Origin: an uncultured Faecalibacterium sp.
Lineage (GTDB): Bacteria; Bacillota; Clostridia; Oscillospirales; Ruminococcaceae
Length of the DNA: 64,000 bases
Reading direction: 5' to 3'
Assembly (NCBI GenBank): GCA_934553285.1
Contig: CAKTFD010000001.1
Coordinates: 33,475 to 97,474 of the forward strand
Shown here piece after piece: positions 6,782 to 16,700 of this stretch (its first letter is position 1; the number at the start of each line of letters is the position of its first letter). The notes below the pieces were generated by a model. It was not told the origin of the DNA. It did not search any database and worked only from the letters and a program-made list of their open reading frames with translations. The translations under genes were made by a program, and so were the position numbers.

Positions 6782-9769
6782 TTAAATTTCAAACCTGTAC
6801 ACCTTTTTGATCAGGTTCTGGATTTCGCCAATGAGCATATCTTTCTCATCCTGTAGCACAGAAATCACTCGTTTCGGTGGATGATCTTTAAGCTCTTCAT
6901 TTATGTTATAAATTCTGTGAGTATCCTCTATAACATTATTGTAAAGTGTTCGCTGCTTTACATCATCAAAATCCAGTTCCACAAATGGTAACGTTGACAA
7001 AACAAAAGTTCCTCGTGCTGTAAACCCATTTTCAAAATCACTTCCAACAATCCCCAAAATTCTTTCAGTAATAGGATTAGACAGCCAAGCCTGAATATAC
7101 TCTAATGCATACGGGCTTTCAGACTTTTTAGACACAGCACAATAACCTGCCGTTCCGCCTGATGCAATCAACATATCATTTGTATCTAGCGCGTACATTG
7201 GTTCCTTACTCAAAACTCCAACGATCAGCTTTGGGGTGTCTATAAATGCAGTCAATGCTTGTGTTCTCCCATACTGATACCATGAATCCGCTGTTGCATT
7301 CGGAACATCTCTGGTACCTTGGCTCGACACGCATTTTGGAACGAGACGATCATAGTAATCTTTCAGATAGTTAAATGCTCCTGGAAAATGAGATTCCATG
7401 CATTCAACTGAAAGCAGCTTTCCTTGTTTATCATAAGGGAAAATAATCCACTTATCTGTTGCCAAAGTACTATACGAGTTTAACCCCTTCTCGGCCCTTT
7501 TTGTGGGTTTAAAATACGGACGTAAAATTTTACGTTCGATTTTGTATTCTTTTCCGTTCCGAAAGATTCTAATTGTAGCATGATTCTCATCTAAAATCTC
7601 ATCTGAAGAAAACCAATAGACTGGTTTAGGACGCTCTGCACTCGTTTGAATCCCATTAAAAATATCAACATATTTTGTAATAGGAACTGCCACTTGATCT
7701 ATTTTATAAAGCATGGACAAAAACTCAAAATCTGTTGTGAGCCGCCACGGCAATCTATTTAGAATCGTAGATTTAAATTCAATTGTCTCTATTTTTTCGC
7801 CGAGCCACAGTTTATCCGCAGAATCAACACCTGTATAAGAAAATTTTTCCTGTGGCTGTTTGCACAATAACAAGATTGAGCTATAAATCGTTTTATCTTC
7901 AAATAACTGTGCATCTCCAAAGTCGTCCAAACTTACAAGATGCTTTCCCTCTGCAATCAAATTCCGAAGATATTCTCCTGCACCAACCTTAAAAAACTTA
8001 TTCGGCACAATGTAACAAATATATCCACCATCTTTTGTTTTTCTGATAGCTTGCTCTATAAAAATGAAGTATTTATCAAATTGCTTATATGCTGTTCTAT
8101 ACTTTTTCCTGTAGATCTCGACCTCACTACTTGGAAGAAGCGCATGCATATCTTCTGTACTCACATATGGAGGATTTCCGATTATTACATCAAAAGATTC
8201 TCCTCCATTGATTTTTTCCCAATCAAAAGGAACTAAGTCCAATCGCTGATTTTCTGAATTTAAAATGCCCTGCATCTCCTTCTCGCTTACAAGAGCATTC
8301 CCAAAGAAAATGTTCGTACTTAAATCAGGAAGAATATGTTTCACCAAAGCCACAGACGGTGCAGTTTCGTCTTCAATCAATTTAATAAGCAATGAAAATT
8401 TTGCAACCTCTACAGCATGAATATCAATATCGATGCCGTATATACAAGAACATAGAATCTCTTTCTTTTCTGAAATGGGAAGTTTGTATACATGATTTCC
8501 GATTTCCTCCAGATGTTCTTTTTGTCCTGCATTCAAATACCATTGCACACAATAATTTTGAAGATATGAAAAAGCCTCTTCCAAAAAGACACCTGACCCA
8601 CATGCAATGTCTGCGATTCGGATTTTCAGCAAATCTTTTGGTGTTTTCCCAGCACACGCTTTTGCCAGTGTTTTCTCAATCATATATTTAACAATTTCGG
8701 TTGGCGTTGTAACTATAGAGCGATTTATACACTCTTTCTTTTGTTGTAACCCAATACTTCCATCTTTCAAGACAACAAGCTGTTCCGTTAAAAACAACTC
8801 ATAAATTTTACCCAAAAGATGTGGCTCGATAATGTTAAAAAGATATGGACTCTGTGGGTAGTACAGTCCTTCAATCATCTCCGAGATCACATCACACGAC
8901 AAATCAAAAATAATATCATCGCCAGAAAACATGCCAGAGTTATATCTATGATCTGCCAATCTAAAAAGCTGTTCTAGCTGTTCTTTTAACTGTGATTTAT
9001 CTATAATTGTTTCTTTCAAATTATGATAAAGCGGGAGATTTTTATCCTCACAAATTCTCAGAAACACAATTTGGTTAATAAATTCCTGCACGACATCATT
9101 TAAAACTTCCAGAGATTTATATCTACCACCTTTACAGTACAGTTCATTACTAAGTGCTACCCGCCATCCATTGATTTGAGATAAGAACATCTCATCAACT
9201 TGTTGTATCTGCGCACCTGCTTCTAAAGACCCATTATTTATATTTTTATCAAACTCACCCGAATATACTGTATCCCTTGAAATCAAGTCCTTGATCTCAT
9301 TGAATTTTTCTATATATTCAGTATAATGATATAATCTGTATCGCGCAGTCGCACAATCATCTTCCTCATTTGGCAAATAACAAGTATCATAAACGGCTAA
9401 GTACTCAAAATTTGTTAAAATGGCAATTCTATGCTTTGCATTCCAACCATATTTTCTTGTTTGGAAAGCTGGTGCTCCCGTCTTTGTAATATCTACAGAT
9501 GGTTTCTTTGCTTCAACAAAAAATTTTGCAACGCCTCTTAGCGTCATCGTATAATCTGGACGATCCGAATGGCTCGAATAATTTTCTGCTATTACCTCTC
9601 TATACTGGGGAGCAACACCTTTCTCATTGGCTACATCCCAACCCAAAAATTTGAGAAAAGGATCAACAAACTCAATCCTACAAGAGTGTTCATTATAATT
9701 CTGTTTTGCATCCTTATAATAACTCAGGTTCGCACTAAATTGTTCTACCAGACGTTGTAGTTCGTTCAT
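6782..9769 (-). CDS. Type IIG (Eco57I/AcuI-family) bifunctional restriction endonuclease-methyltransferase
   Basis: ORF track 6782..9778 (998 aa, GTG start). The likely start is the ATG at 9769, preceded by AAAGGTG. The N-terminal sequence RPDYTMTLRGVAKFFVEAKK gives an exact PD-X13-EAK nuclease motif as in Eco57I. It is followed by gamma-class methyltransferase motifs: motif X TPTEIVKYMIEK, motif I DIACGSGVFL, motif IV IGNPPY, then a C-terminal target-recognition domain. The size matches R.Eco57I (997 aa). Confidence 0.85.
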   Translation of the reverse strand: MNELQRLVEQFSANLSYYKDAKQNYNEHSCRIEFVDPFLKFLGWDVANEKGVAPQYREVIAENYSSHSDRPDYTMTLRGVAKFFVEAKKPSVDITKTGAPAFQTRKYGWNAKHRIAILTNFEYLAVYDTCYLPNEEDDCATARYRLYHYTEYIEKFNEIKDLISRDTVYSGEFDKNINNGSLEAGAQIQQVDEMFLSQINGWRVALSNELYCKGGRYKSLEVLNDVVQEFINQIVFLRICEDKNLPLYHNLKETIIDKSQLKEQLEQLFRLADHRYNSGMFSGDDIIFDLSCDVISEMIEGLYYPQSPYLFNIIEPHLLGKIYELFLTEQLVVLKDGSIGLQQKKECINRSIVTTPTEIVKYMIEKTLAKACAGKTPKDLLKIRIADIACGSGVFLEEAFSYLQNYCVQWYLNAGQKEHLEEIGNHVYKLPISEKKEILCSCIYGIDIDIHAVEVAKFSLLIKLIEDETAPSVALVKHILPDLSTNIFFGNALVSEKEMQGILNSENQRLDLVPFDWEKINGGESFDVIIGNPPYVSTEDMHALLPSSEVEIYRKKYRTAYKQFDKYFIFIEQAIRKTKDGGYICYIVPNKFFKVGAGEYLRNLIAEGKHLVSLDDFGDAQLFEDKTIYSSILLLCKQPQEKFSYTGVDSADKLWLGEKIETIEFKSTILNRLPWRLTTDFEFLSMLYKIDQVAVPITKYVDIFNGIQTSAERPKPVYWFSSDEILDENHATIRIFRNGKEYKIERKILRPYFKPTKRAEKGLNSYSTLATDKWIIFPYDKQGKLLSVECMESHFPGAFNYLKDYYDRLVPKCVSSQGTRDVPNATADSWYQYGRTQALTAFIDTPKLIVGVLSKEPMYALDTNDMLIASGGTAGYCAVSKKSESPYALEYIQAWLSNPITERILGIVGSDFENGFTARGTFVLSTLPFVELDFDDVKQRTLYNNVIEDTHRIYNINEELKDHPPKRVISVLQDEKDMLIGEIQNLIKKVYRFEI

Positions 9770-9851
9770 CCTATTCACCTTTTAGTCCATCATTTTTCTT
9801 TTCGCTCAGATATACACCTATTCATTACACAGGATATTGTAGTACCTTTTA

Positions 9852-9880
9852 ATTATATTCGCTTAAAAGAACTCTGTCAA
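9852..9880 (-). promoter_or_regulatory. consensus sigma-70 promoter driving the RM operon (TTGACA-17bp-TATAAT)
   Basis: Minus strand: TTGACA (9880-9875), the 17-nt spacer gagttcttttaagcgaa, then TATAAT (9857-9852), about 75 nt upstream of the R-M gene start. Confidence 0.65.
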
Positions 9881-10023
9881 TTATAACATCTACTGCCTAA
9901 ACAATCTGGAATTTCCGAATGGTTGTGAATTGGCTAGAGGCTCTGACCTCCCCGGAGGAAAAAAACCATGATACTGGTTTGATTCTGCTCGGGGGTATTA
10001 CTTTTCTGCTACTTTGGGCGCAA

Positions 10024-10068
10024 AACAGCCCCGCCTTCAAGCGAAATCTCTTGAAAACGGGGCTGCTT
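10024..10068 (-). terminator. intrinsic terminator of guaA
   Basis: CAGCCCCGCCTTCAAG-cgaaat-CTCTTGAAAACGGGGCTG stem-loop. On the minus strand it is followed by TTTTGCG, about 60 nt after the guaA stop. Confidence 0.55.
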
Positions 10069-10126
10069 TTATGCGTTGCTGTGTTCTATTTTTCGAAGGT
10101 CTAAAAAGTCGGAAGGCAAATTTTCA

Positions 10127-11677
10127 TTACTCGAGCTCGATGGTTGCAGGCGGCTTACCGGTGCAATCATAGAATACGCGGTTAACGTGTTTGACCTCGT
10201 TGACGATGCGGCTGGTGACGGTGCCCAGAACATCCCAGGGCATGTCATAGCTTTCTGCAGTCATAAAGTCGGTGGTGGTCACGGCACGCAGGGCAACCGC
10301 ATAATCGTAGGTGCGCTCGTCGCCCATAACGCCAACGCTGTGCATGTTGGTCAGAGCAGCGTAATACTGGCTGATTTCCTTATCCAGACCTGCCTTGGCA
10401 ATCTCCTCGCGCCAGATAGCATCGGCATCCTGCACGATGGTCACCTTCTCGGGGGTCACTTCGCCGATGATGCGGATGCCCAGACCGGGGCCGGGGAACG
10501 GCTGACGGCTGACCAGATACTCGGGCAGGCCCAGCTCACGGCCGGCCTGACGCACTTCGTCCTTGAACAGGTTGCGCAGCGGCTCCACCAGCTCCTTAAA
10601 GTCCACGGTATCGGGCAGGCCGCCCACATTGTGGTGACTCTTGATGACGGTGGACTCGCCGCCCAGACCGCTTTCCACCACATCGGGATAGATGGTGCCC
10701 TGTGCCAGGAAGTCTACCTTGCCGATCTTCTTGGCTTCTTCCTCAAATACACGGATGAACTCTTCGCCAATGATCTTGCGTTTGCGCTCCGGCTCGGTAA
10801 CGCCTTTCAGCTTGCGGAAATAGCGGTCGCGGGCGTCCACGCAGATAAAGTTGATGTCAAAGCCGTTGGCATTGCCGGGGCCAAAAACAGAGCAGACTTC
10901 TTCCTTTTCATTCTTACGCAGCAGGCCGTGATCCACAAACACACAGGTGAGCTGCTTGCCGATGGCCTTGGCCAGCATGGCTGCCAGCACAGAGGAATCC
11001 ACACCGCCGGAAAGCGCACACAGGACCTTACCCTCGCCAATGCGCTCCCGCAATGCCTTGACATTGTTCTCCACAAAAGAGTCCATCTTCCAGTCGCCGC
11101 TGCAGCCGCACACATTGTATACGAAGTTGCGCAGCATTTTTTTGCCCTCAGCGGTATGCAGAACCTCCGGATGAAACTGCACTGCGTACAGGCCCTTTTC
11201 TGCATTTTCCACAGCCGCTACCGGGCAGTTAACCGTATGCGCAGTGATCTGGAAGCCGGGAGCAGCCTGCTCGATATAGTCGTTGTGGCTCATCCAGCAG
11301 ATGGTAGAGGGCTGCACATCGGTAAACAGCTTGCTCTCGGTGTTTACAAACACCTCGGTCTTGCCGTACTCGCGCTCGGGTGCACGGCAGACATGACCGC
11401 CCAGCAGGTGCATCATCAGCTGACTGCCGTAGCAGATGCCCAGCACAGGCACGCCCCAGGTAAAGATCTCGGGATCGATGGTGGGAGAATCCTCCAGATA
11501 AACACTGTTGGGGCCGCCGGTGAAGATGATGCCTTTGGGATTCTTGGCCTTGATGACCGACAGGTCGGTTTTATAGGAATAGATCTCGCAGTAGACATTA
11601 TTTTCTCGGACGCGGCGGGCAATCAGCTGATTGTACTGGCCGCCAAAGTCCAGCACGATGACAGTTTCATGCTGCAT
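10127..11677 (-). CDS. guaA: GMP synthase (glutamine-hydrolysing)
   Basis: A GATase1 domain and an ATP-pyrophosphatase domain ([15 protein letters not shown]-loop motif). The ATG at 11677 ([15 protein letters not shown]) is preceded by GGAGG; the upstream ATG at 11692 overlaps that RBS. Confidence 0.95.
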   Translation of the reverse strand: MQHETVIVLDFGGQYNQLIARRVRENNVYCEIYSYKTDLSVIKAKNPKGIIFTGGPNSVYLEDSPTIDPEIFTWGVPVLGICYGSQLMMHLLGGHVCRAPEREYGKTEVFVNTESKLFTDVQPSTICWMSHNDYIEQAAPGFQITAHTVNCPVAAVENAEKGLYAVQFHPEVLHTAEGKKMLRNFVYNVCGCSGDWKMDSFVENNVKALRERIGEGKVLCALSGGVDSSVLAAMLAKAIGKQLTCVFVDHGLLRKNEKEEVCSVFGPGNANGFDINFICVDARDRYFRKLKGVTEPERKRKIIGEEFIRVFEEEAKKIGKVDFLAQGTIYPDVVESGLGGESTVIKSHHNVGGLPDTVDFKELVEPLRNLFKDEVRQAGRELGLPEYLVSRQPFPGPGLGIRIIGEVTPEKVTIVQDADAIWREEIAKAGLDKEISQYYAALTNMHSVGVMGDERTYDYAVALRAVTTTDFMTAESYDMPWDVLGTVTSRIVNEVKHVNRVFYDCTGKPPATIELE

Positions 11678-11770
11678 GATGTTTTCCTCCATTTTTGAGT
11701 GAGTTTCTACAGATAATTTTAGTATAGCACATCTTACAAGAAAAATCGACAGTTTTTGTGAAGTTTTCTG

Positions 11771-12412
11771 TTATTCTCTTTTGCGGATCGGATGCCGCAA
11801 AACGGTCTTTAGTTTTTCCGGTGCGGTACGGCGCGGGTCTCCCAGATAGATCTCGTGATGGAAACGCGCGGCCGAAAAATCCGGGCAATACCCCTGCTCC
11901 GCCGCAAAGTCATCCAGCATTCGCAGCGTTTCCGGCTCAGTGTCATAGGGGCCGATGTGCATACATTGTACGCACAGGCCTTCATCGTAGGTGAAAAATT
12001 CCACCTTGGAAAAATCCTTTTTCTTTTTAGCTGTCGCTTCCTGTACCGCCCAGTCAAATTCTGCACGGGTGACAAATTCCGGCAGACGGATCATGGAGGT
12101 CCAGATAAAAGTTTCTTTGTTGGAAAAATCTACGCCTTCCGCTCCGGGCTGATGCCACAGCCCTTCCAGCGGCGGAACAACATATGCAAAATAGCCGTCC
12201 ATCTTATGGCTGCTTTTATAGCTCATTTTGATGGTAAAGGCAATGCCGTACAGCAGCTCCAGCGCTGCCTTGTATTCCCCTGCCGGGTCGTTGGGGTCGC
12301 CTTTGCCCTGCACCGCCACAAAATTCATGGGCGGGATCGTGACGATCTGCGGTTTCTGCGGCGGAAGATAAAACTCTTTATACTCTTTTTTGTAATCAAA
12401 TGCAGCATTCAT
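11771..12412 (-). CDS. GyrI-like small-molecule-binding domain protein (YdeE/effector-binding family)
   Basis: 213 aa, beginning MNFVAVQGKGDP..., typical of GyrI-like / AraC effector-binding domain proteins. RBS is AACGGAGGTG. Confidence 0.7.
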   Translation of the reverse strand: MNAAFDYKKEYKEFYLPPQKPQIVTIPPMNFVAVQGKGDPNDPAGEYKAALELLYGIAFTIKMSYKSSHKMDGYFAYVVPPLEGLWHQPGAEGVDFSNKETFIWTSMIRLPEFVTRAEFDWAVQEATAKKKKDFSKVEFFTYDEGLCVQCMHIGPYDTEPETLRMLDDFAAEQGYCPDFSAARFHHEIYLGDPRRTAPEKLKTVLRHPIRKRE

Positions 12413-12433
12413 GGCGGCACCTCCGTTTTTTTC

Positions 12434-12462
12434 AGTATACCTTATTTGGAGATGTTTGTAAA
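12434..12462 (-). promoter_or_regulatory. sigma-70 type promoter for the GyrI-like gene (TTTACA-17bp-TATACT)
   Basis: Minus strand: TTTACA, 17 nt, TATACT, about 20 nt upstream of the RBS. Confidence 0.5.
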
Positions 12463-12513
12463 CGCAAAGTTGTTACTTTGGGCAAAGAATACATCAAAGC
12501 CGGCAAAGACGAT

Positions 12514-12553
12514 AGAAAAAAGCCATCCCCTCAGAGAAACGAAGAGGATGGCT
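12514..12553 (-). terminator. intrinsic terminator of pfkA
   Basis: AGCCATCCCCTC-agagaaacgaa-GAGGATGGCT hairpin. On the minus strand it is followed by TTTTTT, 22 nt after the pfkA stop. Confidence 0.55.
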
Positions 12554-12575
12554 TGTGTATGCGATAGAGGAAGTA

Positions 12576-13550
12576 TCAGATAGAAATGGTGTTTACGACA
12601 TCCAGCAGCACCGGGTCGAGATGTTTGGTCATCTCCAGAGCCTCATCCACAGGGTAGTCCACCAGTTTTTCGCCTTCCATGCCGACGATGCGGTTATACT
12701 TGCCCTGTTCCAGCAGGCAGACGGCCTGATAGCCCATGGCAGAAGCGTTCACACGGTCGCGCAGGGTGGGAGAACCACCGCGCTGCACATGACCCAGGAT
12801 GGTAGCACGGGAGTCGATGCCGGTGCGGGCCTGGATCTCGTTGGCGATCTCCTGTGCATGGCCAACGCCCTCGGCCACGATGATGATAAAGTGGCGCTTG
12901 CCGGTCTTCTGGGTCTCGGCGATCTTATCCAGGATATCGCGCTGCATGTCAAATTCCTTCTCAGGCAGCAGCACGGCCATAGCGCCGGAGGCGATAGCTA
13001 CGTTCAGCGCGATGTAACCGGCGTTGCGGCCCATGACCTCAACCACACTGCAGCGGTCGTGGCTCTGGGTGGTATCGCGCAGCTTATCGATCATCTCCAG
13101 CGCGGTGTTCATAGCGGTATCATAACCGATGGTGTACTCGGTGCAGGCAATATCGTTGTCGATGGTGCCGGGCAGGCCGATCATGGGGATGCCGCGGTGT
13201 GCCAGTGCGCGGGCACCACGATAGGAACCATCGCCGCCGATAACGACCAGAGCGTCAATGCCCAGCTCACGGCACTTTTCAGCGCCCTTGTCCTGGCCTT
13301 CCTTGGTCTTGAACTCCAGGCAGCGGGCCGTATACAGGATCGTGCCGCCTGCAGAAATAATATTAGAAACACTGCGCAGATTCATTTCAAAGCACTCGCC
13401 GTTCAGCAGGCCATTGTAGCCGCGCTGAATGCCGATCATACGGAAACCTTTGTGCAGACCCGTGCGTACCACAGCGCGCACTGCTGCATTCATGCCAGGA
13501 GCATCACCACCGCTTGTCAGCACGCCAATCGTTTTGATTTGCTTTTCCAT
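12576..13550 (-). CDS. pfkA: ATP-dependent 6-phosphofructokinase
   Basis: Starts MEKQIKTIGVLTSGGDAPGMNAAVRAVV... with GGDG motifs. The ATG at 13550 is preceded by GGAGGG; the ORF track 13568 start is a TTG inside the RBS. Confidence 0.95.
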   Translation of the reverse strand: MEKQIKTIGVLTSGGDAPGMNAAVRAVVRTGLHKGFRMIGIQRGYNGLLNGECFEMNLRSVSNIISAGGTILYTARCLEFKTKEGQDKGAEKCRELGIDALVVIGGDGSYRGARALAHRGIPMIGLPGTIDNDIACTEYTIGYDTAMNTALEMIDKLRDTTQSHDRCSVVEVMGRNAGYIALNVAIASGAMAVLLPEKEFDMQRDILDKIAETQKTGKRHFIIIVAEGVGHAQEIANEIQARTGIDSRATILGHVQRGGSPTLRDRVNASAMGYQAVCLLEQGKYNRIVGMEGEKLVDYPVDEALEMTKHLDPVLLDVVNTISI

Positions 13551-13723
13551 ACGAGAGATTCCCTCCAATTATAATTCAGTTCTTCATTTACCCACTTGCC
13601 TGTCATCTCTTCTTCCAGATGCAGGTCTGCTGCTTTGCAACAGCTTAGATCGCCTTTAATAATTATATCACACTCCGGCGGATTTGAAAACACCTCACCT
13701 GTTGTCATTCGCGCACAGAAATG

Positions 13724-16700
13724 TCATTTTGTTGCAACATTCTCTGTGCCGACCAGACGTTCCAGCTCTTTGAAGAACAATGGATGACCAGAAGTGTACA
13801 GCCGGCGCGGTGCAGCCAGTTTCTGTTTTGTGTCTTCCAGATACAGGATCACCGGAATATCACCATCAAAAATCTCCAGCAGATTGATCACCTTGGCATA
13901 CTGCGGGCAGCTGCGGGACGGCAGGCGGATAAATACCCGCCGGGAAGCTGTTTTGACCGGATCCGGACGCCCGTTTTCCGGGCGGGATGGGTCGTAGCTG
14001 TCGATAGGCAGGATGCTGTCTGCCAGCAGCTTGGAAGCCTCGTCTTCGCGCACCGAGAGCCGCCCATCGATGACGACAACGGCGTTTTCCCGGATGGCAT
14101 CCCGGAACCGGTCCAGCACCTTGGGGAATACGATCACTTCCATCGTGCCGGTCAGGTCTTCTACGCTGGTAAAGGCCATCATGCTGTTGGATTTAGTCGT
14201 CATCATGCGGTTTTTTACCACTGCACAGACGATACGCACCTTTTCGCCGTCCTGCACATGGGCATCCTCGCCGGTCAGGGCCTTGATGGTGTGGGAGCCG
14301 ATGCGGGCAGATCTTTCCCGGTAGGCATCCAGCGGATGGCCGGACAGGTATAGGCCGCTGACCTCTTTTTCCTGCTGGAGCAGTTCGGTGTGGCTGTACT
14401 CCTCTACCGGGCGGATCTCATAGTTGTCCTCTTCCCGGCTCTCTTCCGCGCCCCCGCTCATGACAGAGAACAGATCCAGCTGTCCGTCCAGATTACGGCG
14501 GGAGTCAGTTTCGATGCTTTTGAGGATGCCTTCCACTGCATCCACCATGCTGTGGCGGTTTGGGCCGAACCGGTCAAAGGCGCCGGCTTTGATAAGGCTT
14601 TCCACAGAGCGGCGGTTCAGCTCGCTGCCATGCATCCGCTTACAGAAATCGTACAGGCTGGCATAGGGTCTGCTTTTCCGCTCTGCAACTGCATTTTCGA
14701 TGAGATTGCGGCCTACGTTTTTTACGGCGTTCAAACCAAAGCGGATCTGCCCCTGTGCATCGGCGGTAAAACCACCGTTGGAGATGTTCACATCCGGCGG
14801 CAGCACCTTGATCCCCAGGCGGGCGCACTCGCCGGAATATTCAATGACCTTATCCGTATTGTCCAGCACACTGGTCAGCAGTGCTGCCATGAACTGGCTG
14901 GGATAATGGCACTTGAGATAGGCCGTCTGGAACGCCACGTAGGCATAGCAGGCCGCATGGCTCTTGTTGAAGGCGTAGGAAGCAAAGCTGGACATCTCGT
15001 CATAGATCTGGTTTGCCACCTGCTCCGGGATGCCGTTGGCCACGCAGCCCGGGCATTCGTGCCCTGGATCAGCACAGCCATGCACAAAGTGCTCCCGCTC
15101 CGCCTCCATAACGGCATGCTTTTTTTTGCTCATGGCACGGCGGACGTTATCTGCCTGCCCGAAGGAGAACCCTGCCAGTTCCCGGAAGATCTGCATGACC
15201 TGCTCCTGATAGACGATGCAGCCGTTGGTCACATCCAAAATGTGCGCCAGCTGCGGGGTCTTGTAGCTGATCTTATCCGGCTCGTGCCGGTTATGCAGAT
15301 AGGTCGGGATGGAGTCCATGGGGCCGGGACGGTACAGGCTGATCAGAGCGATGACATCTTCCAGGTTCTGCGGCTGCAGGCCCACAAGCACCTGCTTCAT
15401 GCCGGAAGATTCCAGCTGGAACACGCCTTCGGTATCGCCCTGCCCCAGCATCTTATAGGTGTCCGGGTCGTCATAGTCCAGATTGCGGATGGAGAACTCT
15501 GGATGCTGCTTTTGCACGGCGATCTCGGCATCCCGGATCACGGTCAGGGTGCGCAGACCCAGAAAATCCATTTTCAGCAATCCAAGTTCTTCGATCTCGG
15601 TCATGTTGAACTGGGTCACCGGCAGGCCGTCATTGGTGGAAAGCGGCAGATAGTGATCGGCAGGTTCCGGCGTGATGACGACACCCGCTGCATGGGTAGA
15701 AGCATGCCGCGGCATTCCCTCCACCTTCAGGGCGGTATCGATAAGCTCGGTCACCTGCGGGTCGGTATCGTATAGCTTTTTCAGCTCACTGGATACTTCC
15801 AATGCACGCTTGAGGGTCATCTTGAGTTCCATGGGCACGAGCTTTGCGACCACATCCACCTGCTGATACGGGATCCCCATCACCCGCCCCACATCCCGGA
15901 TGGCATTGCGGGCGGCCATGGTACCGAAGGTAACGATCTGCGCCACATGGTCGGCTCCATATTTGCGGTTGACGTAATCAATGACCTCCTGCCGGCGCTC
16001 ATAGCAGAAGTCCACATCAAAATCCGGCATACTGACACGTTCCGGGTTGAGGAAACGCTCGAAGATAAGGTTGTAGCGGATGGGGTCGATATCCGTAATG
16101 CCCACACAGTACGCGGCAATGCTGCCTGCACCGGAGCCACGCCCCGGCCCTACCGGGATGCCCTGACTTTTGGCAAAATTGATGTAGTCCCATACGATGA
16201 GGTAGTAGTTGGTATACCCCATGGTCTTTACCACACCGATCTCATATTTCAGGCGGTCGATGTTGGCCTGCGGCACATCCGGGCCATAGCGGTGTTCCAG
16301 CCCCTCCCAGCAGAGCTTTTCAAAATAAGCCTGGTTTTCCATCCCGTCCGGGGCCTTATAGTACGGTATCTTGGTGTGGCCAAACTCAAAATCAAAATTG
16401 CACTGTTCTGCGATCTTTGCCGTGTTGGCACAGGCCTCCGGCACCATGGAGAACAGCTCGTACATCTCATCGGTGGTCTTGACGTAAAACTCATCCGTCT
16501 GGAACTCCATCCGGTCGGCATCCTGGATCGTTTTACCGGTCTGGATGCACAGCAGGATGCTCTGCATCTTGGCATCCTCCCGGCGCAGATAGTGGGCATC
16601 GTTGGTGGCCGCCATGGGGATGCCGGTCTCGTGGGAAAGTTTGATCAGCTGCGGCAGAACGGTGGTATCCTCTTTCAGGCCGTGATCCTGCAGCTCGATA

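Larger units (their letters stand above)
4935..10020. other. AT-rich (about 35% GC) genomic island carrying an Eco57I-family Type IIG restriction-modification system, inserted between azlC and guaA
   Basis: There is a sharp drop in GC content relative to the roughly 60% GC flanks, and codon usage is AT-rich. The island holds only the two RM genes plus their promoter. The left flank has a hairpin/repeat motif; the right flank abuts the guaA terminator. Confidence 0.65.

Noticed and set aside
9919-10104. 61-aa ORF at the right edge of the RM island
   Set aside because: It overlaps the guaA terminator hairpin, has no RBS, and is a low-complexity hydrophobic peptide. It is probably not coding.
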